From NCBI GenBank assembly GCA_022822005.1, contig JAJECO010000040.1, forward strand, positions 90-64,089: 64,000 nt of DNA, in the 5' to 3' direction. Each line of letters begins with the position of its first letter. Position 1 is the stretch's first letter. The stretch is from Candidatus Poribacteria bacterium (GTDB lineage Bacteria; Poribacteria; WGA-4E; PCPOR2b). The notes under the pieces are model-generated. The model saw nothing but the letters and a program-made list of their open reading frames with translations, had not been told where the DNA came from and made no database searches. Below, piece after piece: positions 28,701-37,493 of the stretch. The translations under genes were made by a program, and so were the position numbers.

Positions 28701-31700
28701 CCTCATCATGGAAGTGGGTTATGATCTTACGGATGTCATTGAGGAGTGGGGTGGTTTCTCGTACGGCCTTTCCGCTTCTGGGGAAGATTTCTCGGAGCGC
28801 CAATTCCTTGAGATTTGGTTTCGAGTACGCGGTGACTCCGATGTGACCTTGCATATTGATTTAGGTGTCGTGAGCGAGGATAGCGATTTGGACAACCGAC
28901 TTGACACCGAAGATCTGCCACCGGAGTTGGAAGATATCAATGGGGACGGGAAAATTGACACGTTGGACCTCGATCTGGAAAACCTACCTGCCTCCCAAAA
29001 ATTCCGTGCAAATGGTTCGTTGGATACAGGCGAGGATGTCGGCTGGGAGTATAGTGCCGGGTTCCAACCGGCGCAAGTTGGTTCCAGCAACACAGTTTTA
29101 GATACAGAAGACCTTAACGGAGATGGGGTCCTGGACGCTATTGATGCGTATCTCGAAATTAAGATCCCGCTCAACGATATCCCCGAAGAATGGCTAAAAC
29201 GTCAACATCCGAATGGCTGGACATTTCTGAGTATTCCTCTCAGCGCAGCGACATCAGAAGGCACCCGCTTACCCAACCTTGGATATGTCCAACATCTACG
29301 TTTCTGGTTACAGAAGAACAGGTCTGGAGCCGTTACAGGTAAATTTGAGTGGGCATCAATTGAGGTTGTCGGAGTTCAATGGGAACGCGGAGTCGTAACG
29401 CGGAATGACGCCATTACCAATGATGCCGCTGAGCGGTTTACCGTTGGCACCAAGGATAATTTCAACTTCAATGACTATCACGCCGCCTATGAACAGATCA
29501 AAGATCAGGACGATTTTAGGAAGTTACATCCCTTCACAGAAGCGACATACGGCTATCAACAACGGCAGCAGCGCGAACAAACGCTGACGTTGGATTATGT
29601 GCTTCTGCCAGAATCCTTCGGCGTGACGTCGCGGGTACTGCGCGGTCGACAACACGGTGAAGGACAAGATTTTTCAAAACATGATACGCTCAGGCTGTGG
29701 ATCTACGGAGACAGAAGCGAGACGACATTTGTGTTGCGCCTTGCGCCAAGTATCCGCACTGGGTTCCGGTCCTCCTATCGCTCTGCAGGTCCCTTCGAAA
29801 ATCCACAAGATCAAGAAGAAGATATCAACGTCTTTGAAAACTTGAGAGACTATTACGAATACACGCGTGTAATCGACTTTGATGGTTGGAAGTTGATTGA
29901 AATCGAGTTAAGCGATCTGAAGCGAAACGAGTACCCGGAAGCCGGTCTATCGGGCAGTATTATACCGCAGACAGGTCAGATTGACCAATTGGGCACGGAT
30001 CTATCAATTGCAGAAACGGTAGATCCCGACGAACCCGACGGGCATCCGGATGGTTTTGTTGTGCGAGGAACAAATAGTTCCCAACTTTCGATAAAGAACA
30101 TCGGCGGCATCCTGATTGGGCTCCGCAACGACACCCCACGGGAAGTTGGTGGGGAGGTGTGGGTCAATGAGATCCATCTGAGCAACCCGATCGTCCGTTC
30201 AGGTTGGGCGCGGCGTGCCAACATGGATGTTAAACTCGGCAATCTGATTAAGGTTAACGGTGGATATGCAAAACAGGACAAAGACTTTGAGAATTCTGCT
30301 GGCGATACTGGACGCCAACGTCGCCACGATTTGGGTTATAGCACAACTAGCAATGATTTTAATATCAACAGCGAGCTTAGCCTCTTCTCTTGGCTACCCA
30401 TTCGCTATTCTGTCCGAGAGGAGGAATCCGAAACAGAAAGTCAGCGCGGCTCGTTTAGCTCCTTCCAAAGCGGAAAGAGCAAAACCAAGAATCGGGACTT
30501 CTCGGCGACTTTTAACCTACGCCCACTGCCAGTGTTAGGATTCGCGCTCAACCGCCAAGATTTCTGGAATGAACGACAGGGAACAGAACTCAGCGATCTC
30601 TATACCGGCTCTTTCCAGTTCGGTCTTGGCTCGTTTTTTGGACTTGACGCTCAGTTTCACCACGAGGATGTTGAAACTGATTCATCGACAGCAACAGATA
30701 CTTCTAGTAGCGGTTCTTCATTTGGAAGCTATTATGGACGAAGCCGAGATGAAAAGGTCGATAGCGGTAGTATTTCACTCGATATTAGCCCATTCGAAAG
30801 TTTCAGTCTGAACCCGCAGTATGAGGTCCGTCGAACGCTTGAGAAACGCGATCCCAACGACCAAGGGGGACGGAGTTTTAGCAGCTTTGCACAGTCCACA
30901 GATCCAATCGAGGAGACAGAAGAACCGACAGCAGTACCGATTTTCACCATTGCGGAACGAGAACATCGACTTGCTCTGAACCCGCGTCTGAATCGTGATC
31001 TGTTAGGTATCCGTCCCACGCTGAATAACCGAGTTAGCCTAAACGAAAACTGGTTCGGCGATCGGAAAGATGCCCGGATCAGTGCGAATATCAGTTTAGG
31101 GCTCAATGTTCGTCCGCGTGTGTGGTTCGGTTGGTTATTCCACGAACCAGAGCCTGAAGTCCCGTCCGAAGAAGGAGATGGGCAGGAAACAGAAAAGGAA
31201 GGGCAGGAGGGAAATAAGGAACAGAGCGGTGAACAATCTAAGCCGTCCGAAGAATTTGATAGCTTTGAGGCAGAGACGCGTCTTGAGGAAAGCCGCCAGC
31301 GACAACTTGACAGGCTTGAACAGATGGGGGTCGATTCCGACACAATTGAAGATGCGGAGAATCAACGTGGAGACTGGATTCGTCGCGACAAGGCGGAAAT
31401 GGCGCGGAAGTTGAGAGAGCGAAAGAGTAAGGGAGAAGAAGAGGAGAAAAAGGAGGCAGGCATAATTCAACGAAGCATCGAAAGCCTTGGGCTGAATGCG
31501 AATGTCAGTCTTAATAACCAAGATTCTCTACGCGGATTGGATCCGGGTATGCGAATCGCAGACATCCTACAGCTTCCAGACGAGGCTGAAGAACGAACCC
31601 AGTCGCGCCAAGGCACACGCTACAGTTTTCGCACATCGGTTGATCCGTGGAGTTGGGCTTCACTTGGCGGCAACATTGACCGCAGCAATAACTTCACCAA

Positions 31701-32292
31701 GTCATCAAGCACCTCCTCCCGAGCTGAATCCGTTCGTTATGAAGGAGATATTAAGATTTTCAACGCGAAAAACACATCGAGCCTTCAGTTGAGATACGGT
31801 TATACGCTCCGGGATCAGAGCAACATCAATACCCAGATTGGTCAGAGCACCGCTCACGAACCTTCGATTAGCTGGAGTCATACGTGGAGAGAGACGACGA
31901 GAACCGCATTTGGTATCCGTCTCACACAGCGTGACGGGGAACGCAGCGGAATTGACACAACTTCGTTCATTGTTACACCAAATGTTAGCATCGATTACCG
32001 AGTGCGGATAGAAGGTGGGCTTCGTCTCCCCTTTGTGGGCAAGATTTCGCTGGAGCACGATTTAGACCTCAGCAACACGCTCTCAACGGTTATCCGTCGT
32101 GAACGGTTCGGAGCAAATAGGGAAGAACGGTCTGAGCGATATGAGACATCTCTGCGGGTTGGATACAGGTTGAGCGAGCGTCTCACTGCTGATATGAATC
32201 TCGGGTTGAGCTACAATAACGACCGCGTCGAAGAGGGGCGGGATTTCATTTCGGTGGCAAGTGCGTTGACGGTTCGTGGAGAGTTTGAGTAA
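25780..32292 (+). CDS. Giant (2170 aa) secreted protein. It has Gly/Tyr/Phe-rich low-complexity repeats, several DxDGDG Ca-binding (dockerin/EF-hand-like) motifs, an E/K-rich charged segment, and a C-terminal region of alternating-polarity strands suggesting an outer-membrane beta-barrel.
   Basis: Signal peptide MFRPPSLFILALIFATLHPPAAHA|EP (likely true start ATG 25801). GGYGGGYGGGYGSGFGGGFGGYGGGYGSGFGSG blocks at roughly aa 175-230, 275-300 and 755-800. C-terminus ...SVASALTVRGEFE. Single uninterrupted ORF. Confidence 0.65.
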   Translation: MNLLVTKMFRPPSLFILALIFATLHPPAAHAEPVLKDVSLTESYIQRRSLVLDPKEDIAPSEPAEPSKTQNFWAPTAATDPWKTPPPLTDKETEEQDLRLEMLTPYFESLRRWKNPDYLLDLRDLDDLRAGKREEQEKGIALPLQSNLQITGHKSVTVELHQTHYFGEGDINRYGGSYGGGSFGSGLDLGLTSSYSYDSFGSGFGGGYGGGYGGGYGSGFGGGFGGYGGGYGSGFGSGRSGVPRDTGINIRQTLEVGLHGRVGEHTHVEVDYNDSGGGYGGGYGGYSSGYGGGYGGMKEQKIRVWYEGTETSILKTLSFGDLTLNLPNARFLNVNRNLFGLEAVAQLGGARLTAFGSRSKGLSDIRRFRGESRRAAGGRGHQIPDANYVKERFYLIQLGEDELLHDAYRPIKHGSEEIYIDDNVAGNNQGGVRTGRGYFNLQQAGQDYNINYETGEIEFLSPISASYEIVVAYEYLGDGGGVVGSPGNVFADENGDGTVDEEGEEIGYVTIKGKSLRGTESRRVYSLGNRNISPRDYQIVIVRQGSGESFDTGSEEVPYIQIFGLDENGDGIVDPEFIDFDRGLLTFPDLRPFVIDDPQSPYFQFSDRLSNEAIYHENPRTTDAAYTIIVDYSFQSETYNVGLFVIPGSEKVRLNGRQLQRDVDYTMVYEVGSIRFFTELDEFDEIVVEFERTPFGGSLQQTVAGLWLEYSYVPKQKKVEEKKEQEFDRFERLIGTTDRPETDAMFETSDTTFGRRSSDGFGSRFGGSRFGGGQSGRFGGGFGGGGFGGYSGFGGRSRRGLRAGGSSYFSPTFQKGFSFATGYILNTGQKPSRIPDVNGAPSRLQAVNFNTTFGRDFNLAPLLNPLPLIAMRNFPLSINFSGETAFSHNNPNSVGLALIDSMEGTREASNTPTFKHHWRVSSLPVAEGVTLDNRALFRVLAKDRNESQAVGNYMRNREVPASVINPLATSTEERLIMEVGYDLTDVIEEWGGFSYGLSASGEDFSERQFLEIWFRVRGDSDVTLHIDLGVVSEDSDLDNRLDTEDLPPELEDINGDGKIDTLDLDLENLPASQKFRANGSLDTGEDVGWEYSAGFQPAQVGSSNTVLDTEDLNGDGVLDAIDAYLEIKIPLNDIPEEWLKRQHPNGWTFLSIPLSAATSEGTRLPNLGYVQHLRFWLQKNRSGAVTGKFEWASIEVVGVQWERGVVTRNDAITNDAAERFTVGTKDNFNFNDYHAAYEQIKDQDDFRKLHPFTEATYGYQQRQQREQTLTLDYVLLPESFGVTSRVLRGRQHGEGQDFSKHDTLRLWIYGDRSETTFVLRLAPSIRTGFRSSYRSAGPFENPQDQEEDINVFENLRDYYEYTRVIDFDGWKLIEIELSDLKRNEYPEAGLSGSIIPQTGQIDQLGTDLSIAETVDPDEPDGHPDGFVVRGTNSSQLSIKNIGGILIGLRNDTPREVGGEVWVNEIHLSNPIVRSGWARRANMDVKLGNLIKVNGGYAKQDKDFENSAGDTGRQRRHDLGYSTTSNDFNINSELSLFSWLPIRYSVREEESETESQRGSFSSFQSGKSKTKNRDFSATFNLRPLPVLGFALNRQDFWNERQGTELSDLYTGSFQFGLGSFFGLDAQFHHEDVETDSSTATDTSSSGSSFGSYYGRSRDEKVDSGSISLDISPFESFSLNPQYEVRRTLEKRDPNDQGGRSFSSFAQSTDPIEETEEPTAVPIFTIAEREHRLALNPRLNRDLLGIRPTLNNRVSLNENWFGDRKDARISANISLGLNVRPRVWFGWLFHEPEPEVPSEEGDGQETEKEGQEGNKEQSGEQSKPSEEFDSFEAETRLEESRQRQLDRLEQMGVDSDTIEDAENQRGDWIRRDKAEMARKLRERKSKGEEEEKKEAGIIQRSIESLGLNANVSLNNQDSLRGLDPGMRIADILQLPDEAEERTQSRQGTRYSFRTSVDPWSWASLGGNIDRSNNFTKSSSTSSRAESVRYEGDIKIFNAKNTSSLQLRYGYTLRDQSNINTQIGQSTAHEPSISWSHTWRETTRTAFGIRLTQRDGERSGIDTTSFIVTPNVSIDYRVRIEGGLRLPFVGKISLEHDLDLSNTLSTVIRRERFGANREERSERYETSLRVGYRLSERLTADMNLGLSYNNDRVEEGRDFISVASALTVRGEFE

Positions 32293-33931
32293 GCGTTAGG
32301 GATTGATTCGGGTTCACGTTGGCAAGTTGCTCGGCATCTCCACTGGGCCATTCTACCTTGATCAGATCAATTTGAGCGTCATTCCCAATTCCGAAGATAG
32401 CCGTGAGTTCACTCTGTGAACAGTAGCTTGCGCCACTTTTCACCGTACGTGTCTGCGTACCAGATTTCGATTGCACGGTAATTTTCGCGCCGATTCCACT
32501 CCGATTGCTCTTGGTCCCGATCAATTTCAACTTGATCCAGTTGTTGCGATTCCCGCCATCGTTACGGTATAGCCGGGCTGCCGTATTGGAAGCATTCACC
32601 AACACATCCCAATCGCCATCATTATCAATATCCCCATACGCTGCGCCGCGCCCGACGATCGGTTTTTGGAGATCCGAGCCAACCTTTGGCGCCACGTCCT
32701 CAAACTGACCGCTACCGATATTATGGAACAGATGCGGCGGTTGTGCGTAAGTCACTTCGCTCTGCACGGCGTTGATGTCATTTTCAATGTGACCATTTGC
32801 AGCAAAGATATCGAGTTTTCCGTCGAGGTCGAAGTCGAAGAAGAAGCAACCAAACGTCAGCGTTAGCAGGCTGGTATATCCGATGTTGGCAACAGGCGCA
32901 TCGTCAATAAAGAACTCCCCCTCGTTATGGTAGAGATTCATCATCTCATTGGAGAAGTTTCCGATTACGAGGCTTTCCCTACCGCTGCCATTATAGTCCC
33001 CGGCATCAATGCCCATCGCTCCCCGGGCGACACCTCTTTCATCGTAAGCGATGCCGGCGAGCATTCCTCTTTCGATAAAGGTGCCGTCCCCGTTGTTCTG
33101 ATAGAGTTTATTCGGTTGGGTGTCATTCGCCTCAAAGATGTCGGGAAAGCCATCGGCATTGTAGTCAAACACGCAGACGCCCAGTGATTTACTGGTGAGG
33201 TCCTCGATCAGGGCAATCCGTGAGACATCGGTGAAGGTTCCGTCCCCACGATTCCTGAATAGTTTGCTCGCTTGCCCCGGATACGATCGGGGTCCGCAGT
33301 ACGACTGATTTACGCCGTCTAATGTGCAGAAAAGATTTGTTTCAGGTGTCCACTCTATGTAATTGGCAACAAAGATATCGAGATTGCCATCTTTATCGTA
33401 ATCCAACCAAGCACAGCTTGTCCCGAAACCGGGATTATCAATCCCCGCCGATTCTGTTACATCAAGAAAGGTCCCATCTCCCTGATTCTGGAACAACCGA
33501 TCCGCTGTCAGGCAGCTGATATAGAGATCGTCATCGCCGTCGTTATCGTAGTCGGCAACGGCAACACCGAGTCCATACAGTTCTACGGCAAGTCCGGCAG
33601 TTTCTGTAGTATCGGTAAAAGTTCCGTCCTGGTTGTTTCGGTAGAGCCCCAGCGTTTGCCGGTTTCCGGTTGGGTGTCCGCCCCAATCCTTACCGTTTAC
33701 CAACAGAATATCTTGCCAACCATCGTTGTCGTAGTCAATAAACGCACAGCCAGAAGCGATCTCTTCTGGAACGTATTTCCCGCCAAACGCACCGGTGTTG
33801 TGGACAAAGTCGATCCCTGCCTCCGTCGCAATATCGACAAATTGAGGGAGCGGTTCTGCGGCGATTGTGCTGTGAATCCAGATCAGAGATATGCAGATAA
33901 AAAGCCATTTTGTTAATGATGTAGTTTTCAT
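32246..33931 (-). CDS. CRTAC1-family protein: FG-GAP/VCBS repeat beta-propeller with C-terminal ASPIC/UnbV domain, secreted.
   Basis: Signal peptide MKTTSLTKWLFICISLIWIHSTIAA|EP (start moved to 33931). Repeated DxDxDG FG-GAP motifs. C-terminal GIGAKITVQSKSGTQTRTVKSGASYCSQSE (UnbV-like). Its 3' end overlaps the giant ORF by 47 bp, convergent. Confidence 0.8.
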   Translation of the reverse strand: MKTTSLTKWLFICISLIWIHSTIAAEPLPQFVDIATEAGIDFVHNTGAFGGKYVPEEIASGCAFIDYDNDGWQDILLVNGKDWGGHPTGNRQTLGLYRNNQDGTFTDTTETAGLAVELYGLGVAVADYDNDGDDDLYISCLTADRLFQNQGDGTFLDVTESAGIDNPGFGTSCAWLDYDKDGNLDIFVANYIEWTPETNLFCTLDGVNQSYCGPRSYPGQASKLFRNRGDGTFTDVSRIALIEDLTSKSLGVCVFDYNADGFPDIFEANDTQPNKLYQNNGDGTFIERGMLAGIAYDERGVARGAMGIDAGDYNGSGRESLVIGNFSNEMMNLYHNEGEFFIDDAPVANIGYTSLLTLTFGCFFFDFDLDGKLDIFAANGHIENDINAVQSEVTYAQPPHLFHNIGSGQFEDVAPKVGSDLQKPIVGRGAAYGDIDNDGDWDVLVNASNTAARLYRNDGGNRNNWIKLKLIGTKSNRSGIGAKITVQSKSGTQTRTVKSGASYCSQSELTAIFGIGNDAQIDLIKVEWPSGDAEQLANVNPNQSLTLTQTLHEPSTHLPPK

Positions 33932-33972
33932 TATTGGCTCACAAAAAGATAAAAGTGCAACACACTCAGAGA

Positions 33973-34006
33973 AACCGAGTTTTTTCCTCAAAACTCGGTT
34001 TCTTTG
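33973..34006. terminator. Candidate bidirectional intrinsic terminator: CCGAGTTTT-loop-AAAACTCGG followed by TTTCTTTG (plus) / UUUCUCU (minus).
   Basis: Perfect 9-bp inverted repeat read directly. 37 nt downstream of the minus-strand Gfo/Idh/MocA gene stop. Confidence 0.4.
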
Positions 34007-34042
34007 CACAATTTCTTAACATGACCTCACTATTGATTGTGT

Positions 34043-35035
34043 TCAAGTGCCCACTTTAACTTTGGTATTATGTGTCATCGCCCCCTCAACGGCTAAACAA
34101 GTTTCAACCGTTGCAATCCCTTCCGACAACGGACAAGCGAGCGGTGTATCTTCCAAGATACTATCGACAAAGTTTTCCATCTCGTATGCCCATTCAGGTG
34201 AACCGCGACCGTGTAGCGGCGTTGTGGTCAAACGCTCTGGATCCCATTCGGCAGATTTGTGCAGATAGCCTTGAAGCATCTCTTCCTCCCACCAACAGAC
34301 GATTGTTCCGCCGTGCCCGTAGACAGAAAGCGACATGATGTATGGGCGTACCACCGATGCACTGGTAAACACCTTGCCCATCGCACCGTTCCTGAACTTC
34401 AAGATTGCAAGTCTCGCATGTTCCGTATAATCGCCGGATACCTCCTCAATGTCACCAGCAATCCAGCGCAACAGATCTACGGAGTGATAGGCGATGCCCA
34501 GCCGCATCTGGGCGCGGGGGCTGCGTCCCCACGTCAGACGGCTTGGATATTCATCCGGATCTGCTTTATGTGCGTAGTTGGATGAGAGGTAGAACAGATC
34601 ACCGAGATTTCCGTCGGAGACTACTTCTTTGGCGTGCGCGAAGGTGGGCCAAGAACGGCAGATATGTCCTGTGGCAGCCTTCTGATTCGGATACTCAAAC
34701 ATGGCGATGCGAAGTGCTCGGCACTCCTCAATGGTAAGGCACGCGGGCGTCTCGCCAAGCACATGCTTACCTGCTTGTAAGCACGCGAGCAGTTGTTCCG
34801 CGTGGAGGTAGTGCGGTGTGCACAGGTTGAATGCGTCAATTTCGTCATCCCGCAAGGCTTCATCAAATGAGCGATAGATTTTCGGAACACCCCACGTCTC
34901 CGCCTTCATCTTTGAGGCATCAGAATGTGCCACCACAGCGGCAACCGTCGCCTTCTCAGATATTGCCTTGTAACCGTTAAAATGGTTCGTACCTGTCCAA
35001 CCTGTACCGACTATACAGACGTTGACTTTTTCCAT
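34043..35035 (-). CDS. Gfo/Idh/MocA family oxidoreductase.
   Basis: MEKVNVCIVGTGWTGTNH Rossmann N-terminus. 330 aa. Confidence 0.8.
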   Translation of the reverse strand: MEKVNVCIVGTGWTGTNHFNGYKAISEKATVAAVVAHSDASKMKAETWGVPKIYRSFDEALRDDEIDAFNLCTPHYLHAEQLLACLQAGKHVLGETPACLTIEECRALRIAMFEYPNQKAATGHICRSWPTFAHAKEVVSDGNLGDLFYLSSNYAHKADPDEYPSRLTWGRSPRAQMRLGIAYHSVDLLRWIAGDIEEVSGDYTEHARLAILKFRNGAMGKVFTSASVVRPYIMSLSVYGHGGTIVCWWEEEMLQGYLHKSAEWDPERLTTTPLHGRGSPEWAYEMENFVDSILEDTPLACPLSEGIATVETCLAVEGAMTHNTKVKVGT

Positions 35036-35402
35036 CGCTTAGATCTCCTTATTCCGATAAATCCTTTCGCATATAAGAACGGATTCGTTACTGGGTTCTC
35101 AAAAAAAACTAACGTCACGCCGGAACTTCTGTGATATAATAGCGTGGGTTGCAAACTGTGCGAGGAAGTTAGCACAGACTCTTAAAATACGTTCATTGGA
35201 GTAATAAGATAGGATTATACTGGCAAAGGTAGTTCCAACTGACTTTCCCCATCGCTCGGCATTAAGAGTAGTGGAAAAGTGGGGGTGTGTCAAGCGTAAA
35301 AACCCTATCCAACCAAAGCACAACAGAAGGCATTGGAGACCAATACTCTAGCATCATAAGGACAACTGTAACTCGTAACCGAACACCGGAGGTATAAGAG
35401 CT

Positions 35403-36215
35403 ATGCCCAAACTGGTTGATCCCGTCATCGCAGATCCGGATGACATGGAAGCACAGATCGAATGCTTCAAAACCCACGGTTATGTCATCCTTCCAGACCT
35501 ACTTTCACCCGATGAAGTCGACACCCTCAACGACGCCATCGATCGGGATCGGAAGACGAATCCGTTCATGTGGTTCTCAGGAACTTCACCCGACTACAAC
35601 TGCAATCTCTTGCTGACAGAACCCGCGTTTGAGATGAGCATCCGCCATGAAAGGCTGCTCCCACTTATCGGAGAACTGATGGGGGGGGCCATCTGTTTTG
35701 AGGAGCTTGCTGTGCGCCACCGTGGTGGAGAGGCTGAAGCGCGCGATACGGGATGGCACAGAGATCGTGGCTATTGGCCCGAACACCCCCTGAATCTCGA
35801 TTATCCGCAGGTTATCTACTACCTGAACGATGTGAACGAAACTACTCACTGTTTTTCTATCAGCCCGGAGCCGGCTGGCGGGGAAATCCTTGATGACAGA
35901 GACGCACATCTTGAACGCGGCGGCGTCCTCCATTTCTACGGCAGTGCAGGTTCGGCAATCCTTTTCAACTGCGCTACTTTACACGGCGTCACACTACGTA
36001 AAACCGATGAAGTGCGCCGTACCATTCAGGTCTATTATGGACATCCCAACCGCCGCTCCTTGAGCGAAGTGACGATGATGCCTCCGAACCTATGGCGAGA
36101 CCATTCAGACCCGGAAGTTCGGCGTTTCTATAGCAAGTTCAATCGGTATACGAAAGTAATGATGGACGGCCTCAGTATGCCCGATGATAGAGAACATTCG
36201 CTTCCCCAACTGTAG
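35403..36215 (+). CDS. Phytanoyl-CoA dioxygenase (PhyH) family Fe(II)/2-oxoglutarate-dependent oxygenase.
   Basis: 270 aa. HxD...H facial-triad pattern (GWHRDRG ... TLHGV). PhyH-like length. Confidence 0.75.
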   Translation: MPKLVDPVIADPDDMEAQIECFKTHGYVILPDLLSPDEVDTLNDAIDRDRKTNPFMWFSGTSPDYNCNLLLTEPAFEMSIRHERLLPLIGELMGGAICFEELAVRHRGGEAEARDTGWHRDRGYWPEHPLNLDYPQVIYYLNDVNETTHCFSISPEPAGGEILDDRDAHLERGGVLHFYGSAGSAILFNCATLHGVTLRKTDEVRRTIQVYYGHPNRRSLSEVTMMPPNLWRDHSDPEVRRFYSKFNRYTKVMMDGLSMPDDREHSLPQL

Positions 36216-36224
36216 GTGAAAATA

Positions 36225-37328
36225 ATGCAATTCAAAGAGCATCTTGTTGATGACACAATCAGAAGCGTTTACGGGCTGGAAGTCGCCGACATGAACGGCA
36301 ATGGCAAGAAGGATATCATCATGGGCTCGACAGGCGAGCCGATCATTGTCTGGTACGAGGCACCCGATTGGAAAAGGCATCTGATTTCGGATCAACACCC
36401 CGGCAACATCACCATCGCGGCTCAGGATTTGACGGGCAACGGCGTACCGGATCTGTTTGTTGGAAGCGCATTCAATCGGGGCGACCGTTCTCTTATCGAA
36501 TATCTGCATTGGCTTGAGGCGCCCGAGGACGGTGGCCAGTGGAAAAGTCACTTCATTGAAGAGATCCCATACCTGCACCGAATCGCGGTCGCGGACATCA
36601 ACGGCGATGGTCAACCCCTTCTGTTCGCCGCCTCAATTCAGGGACCCGAAGGCGGGTTAGATGATTGGTACGATCCGGGCAGTCTCTGGTGTTATCCATT
36701 CCCAAGCGATCCGGTCAACGATCCTTGGGAACGCCACTTAATTGATGGCGAATTGCATCTCAACCACGGATTGAGCGTTGGCGATGTGGACGGGGATGGC
36801 AGGCTCGATATCCTGATTGGCTGTCGCGACGGAGTGATTTGGCTTGAACCTCCTTCGGATCCGTTAATTGGAGAGTGGAACCGGTGGGTAATCAGTGACC
36901 AAGAAAGCAGCGAGGTTTTCACGGTGGATCTTGATGGAGATGGAGTCAACGAGATCTTATCCATTGAGCCGTGGCACGGGAACACGTTATCTTGGTACAA
37001 GGCATCAGGGGATTTGCGAACAGGTGAGTGGACACGACACCAGATCGATGACACGTTGAACCGCGGGCATTCGCTGCACGGGATCGACCTCGATGGCGAT
37101 GGGCGGGTGGAGATTATCTCTGGATATAACGGCGAAGGCTGGAACCTCCAACTCTATCGCCCTGAAGATCTTGATCAGAACCGGTGGACGAAAGAACTCA
37201 TCGACAACGGCGGCTTGGGGGTCGGTAACATGCACGTGCTTGACCTGAACGACGACGGACGGGTGGACATCATCGCCGGGGGGTTGAGCACGGGCAACGT
37301 CAAGTGGTATGAGAATGTGGGGGCGTAG
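36225..37328 (+). CDS. FG-GAP/VCBS repeat beta-propeller protein with no signal peptide (cytoplasmic).
   Basis: Seven or more repeats of D(I/L)(N/D)GDG(x)D (DMNGNGKKDI, DLTGNGVPDL, DINGDGQPLL, DVDGDGRLDI, DLDGDGVNEI, DLDGDGRVEI, DLNDDGRVDI). Start is ATG 36225, 5 nt after AGGTGA and 10 nt after the PhyH stop. Confidence 0.75.
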   Translation: MQFKEHLVDDTIRSVYGLEVADMNGNGKKDIIMGSTGEPIIVWYEAPDWKRHLISDQHPGNITIAAQDLTGNGVPDLFVGSAFNRGDRSLIEYLHWLEAPEDGGQWKSHFIEEIPYLHRIAVADINGDGQPLLFAASIQGPEGGLDDWYDPGSLWCYPFPSDPVNDPWERHLIDGELHLNHGLSVGDVDGDGRLDILIGCRDGVIWLEPPSDPLIGEWNRWVISDQESSEVFTVDLDGDGVNEILSIEPWHGNTLSWYKASGDLRTGEWTRHQIDDTLNRGHSLHGIDLDGDGRVEIISGYNGEGWNLQLYRPEDLDQNRWTKELIDNGGLGVGNMHVLDLNDDGRVDIIAGGLSTGNVKWYENVGA

Positions 37329-37344
37329 TTCCCTTCTTACAGCC

Positions 37345-37485
37345 AACCCCCTACCCCCCTCAACTCCCCTGACAAGAATTTCCCCCCTGACAAGGGGGGC
37401 TAGGGGGGTAGGGGATCTTCTCCCTTGTCTTTCCCCTCTTATCAGAGGGGTTCAGGGGGACTTATGAACCAGCTACGTAAGTCCT
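37345..37485. repeat. Family C repeat (CCCCCCTGACAAGGGGGGCTAGGGGGGTAGGGGAT) plus a minimal family F hairpin (GGACTTATGAACCAGCTACGTAAGTCC).
   Basis: Read directly. Lies between the FG-GAP gene and ackA. Confidence 0.55.
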
Positions 37486-37493
37486 AATCAATT

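Noticed and set aside
33973-34006. A 15-mer GAGAAACCGAGTTTT shared between this hairpin and 59648-59662 (between the tandem PhyH genes). Considered as another dispersed repeat family.
   Set aside because: Only two copies, and the second lacks the inverted partner. Reported only as a terminator candidate at the first site.
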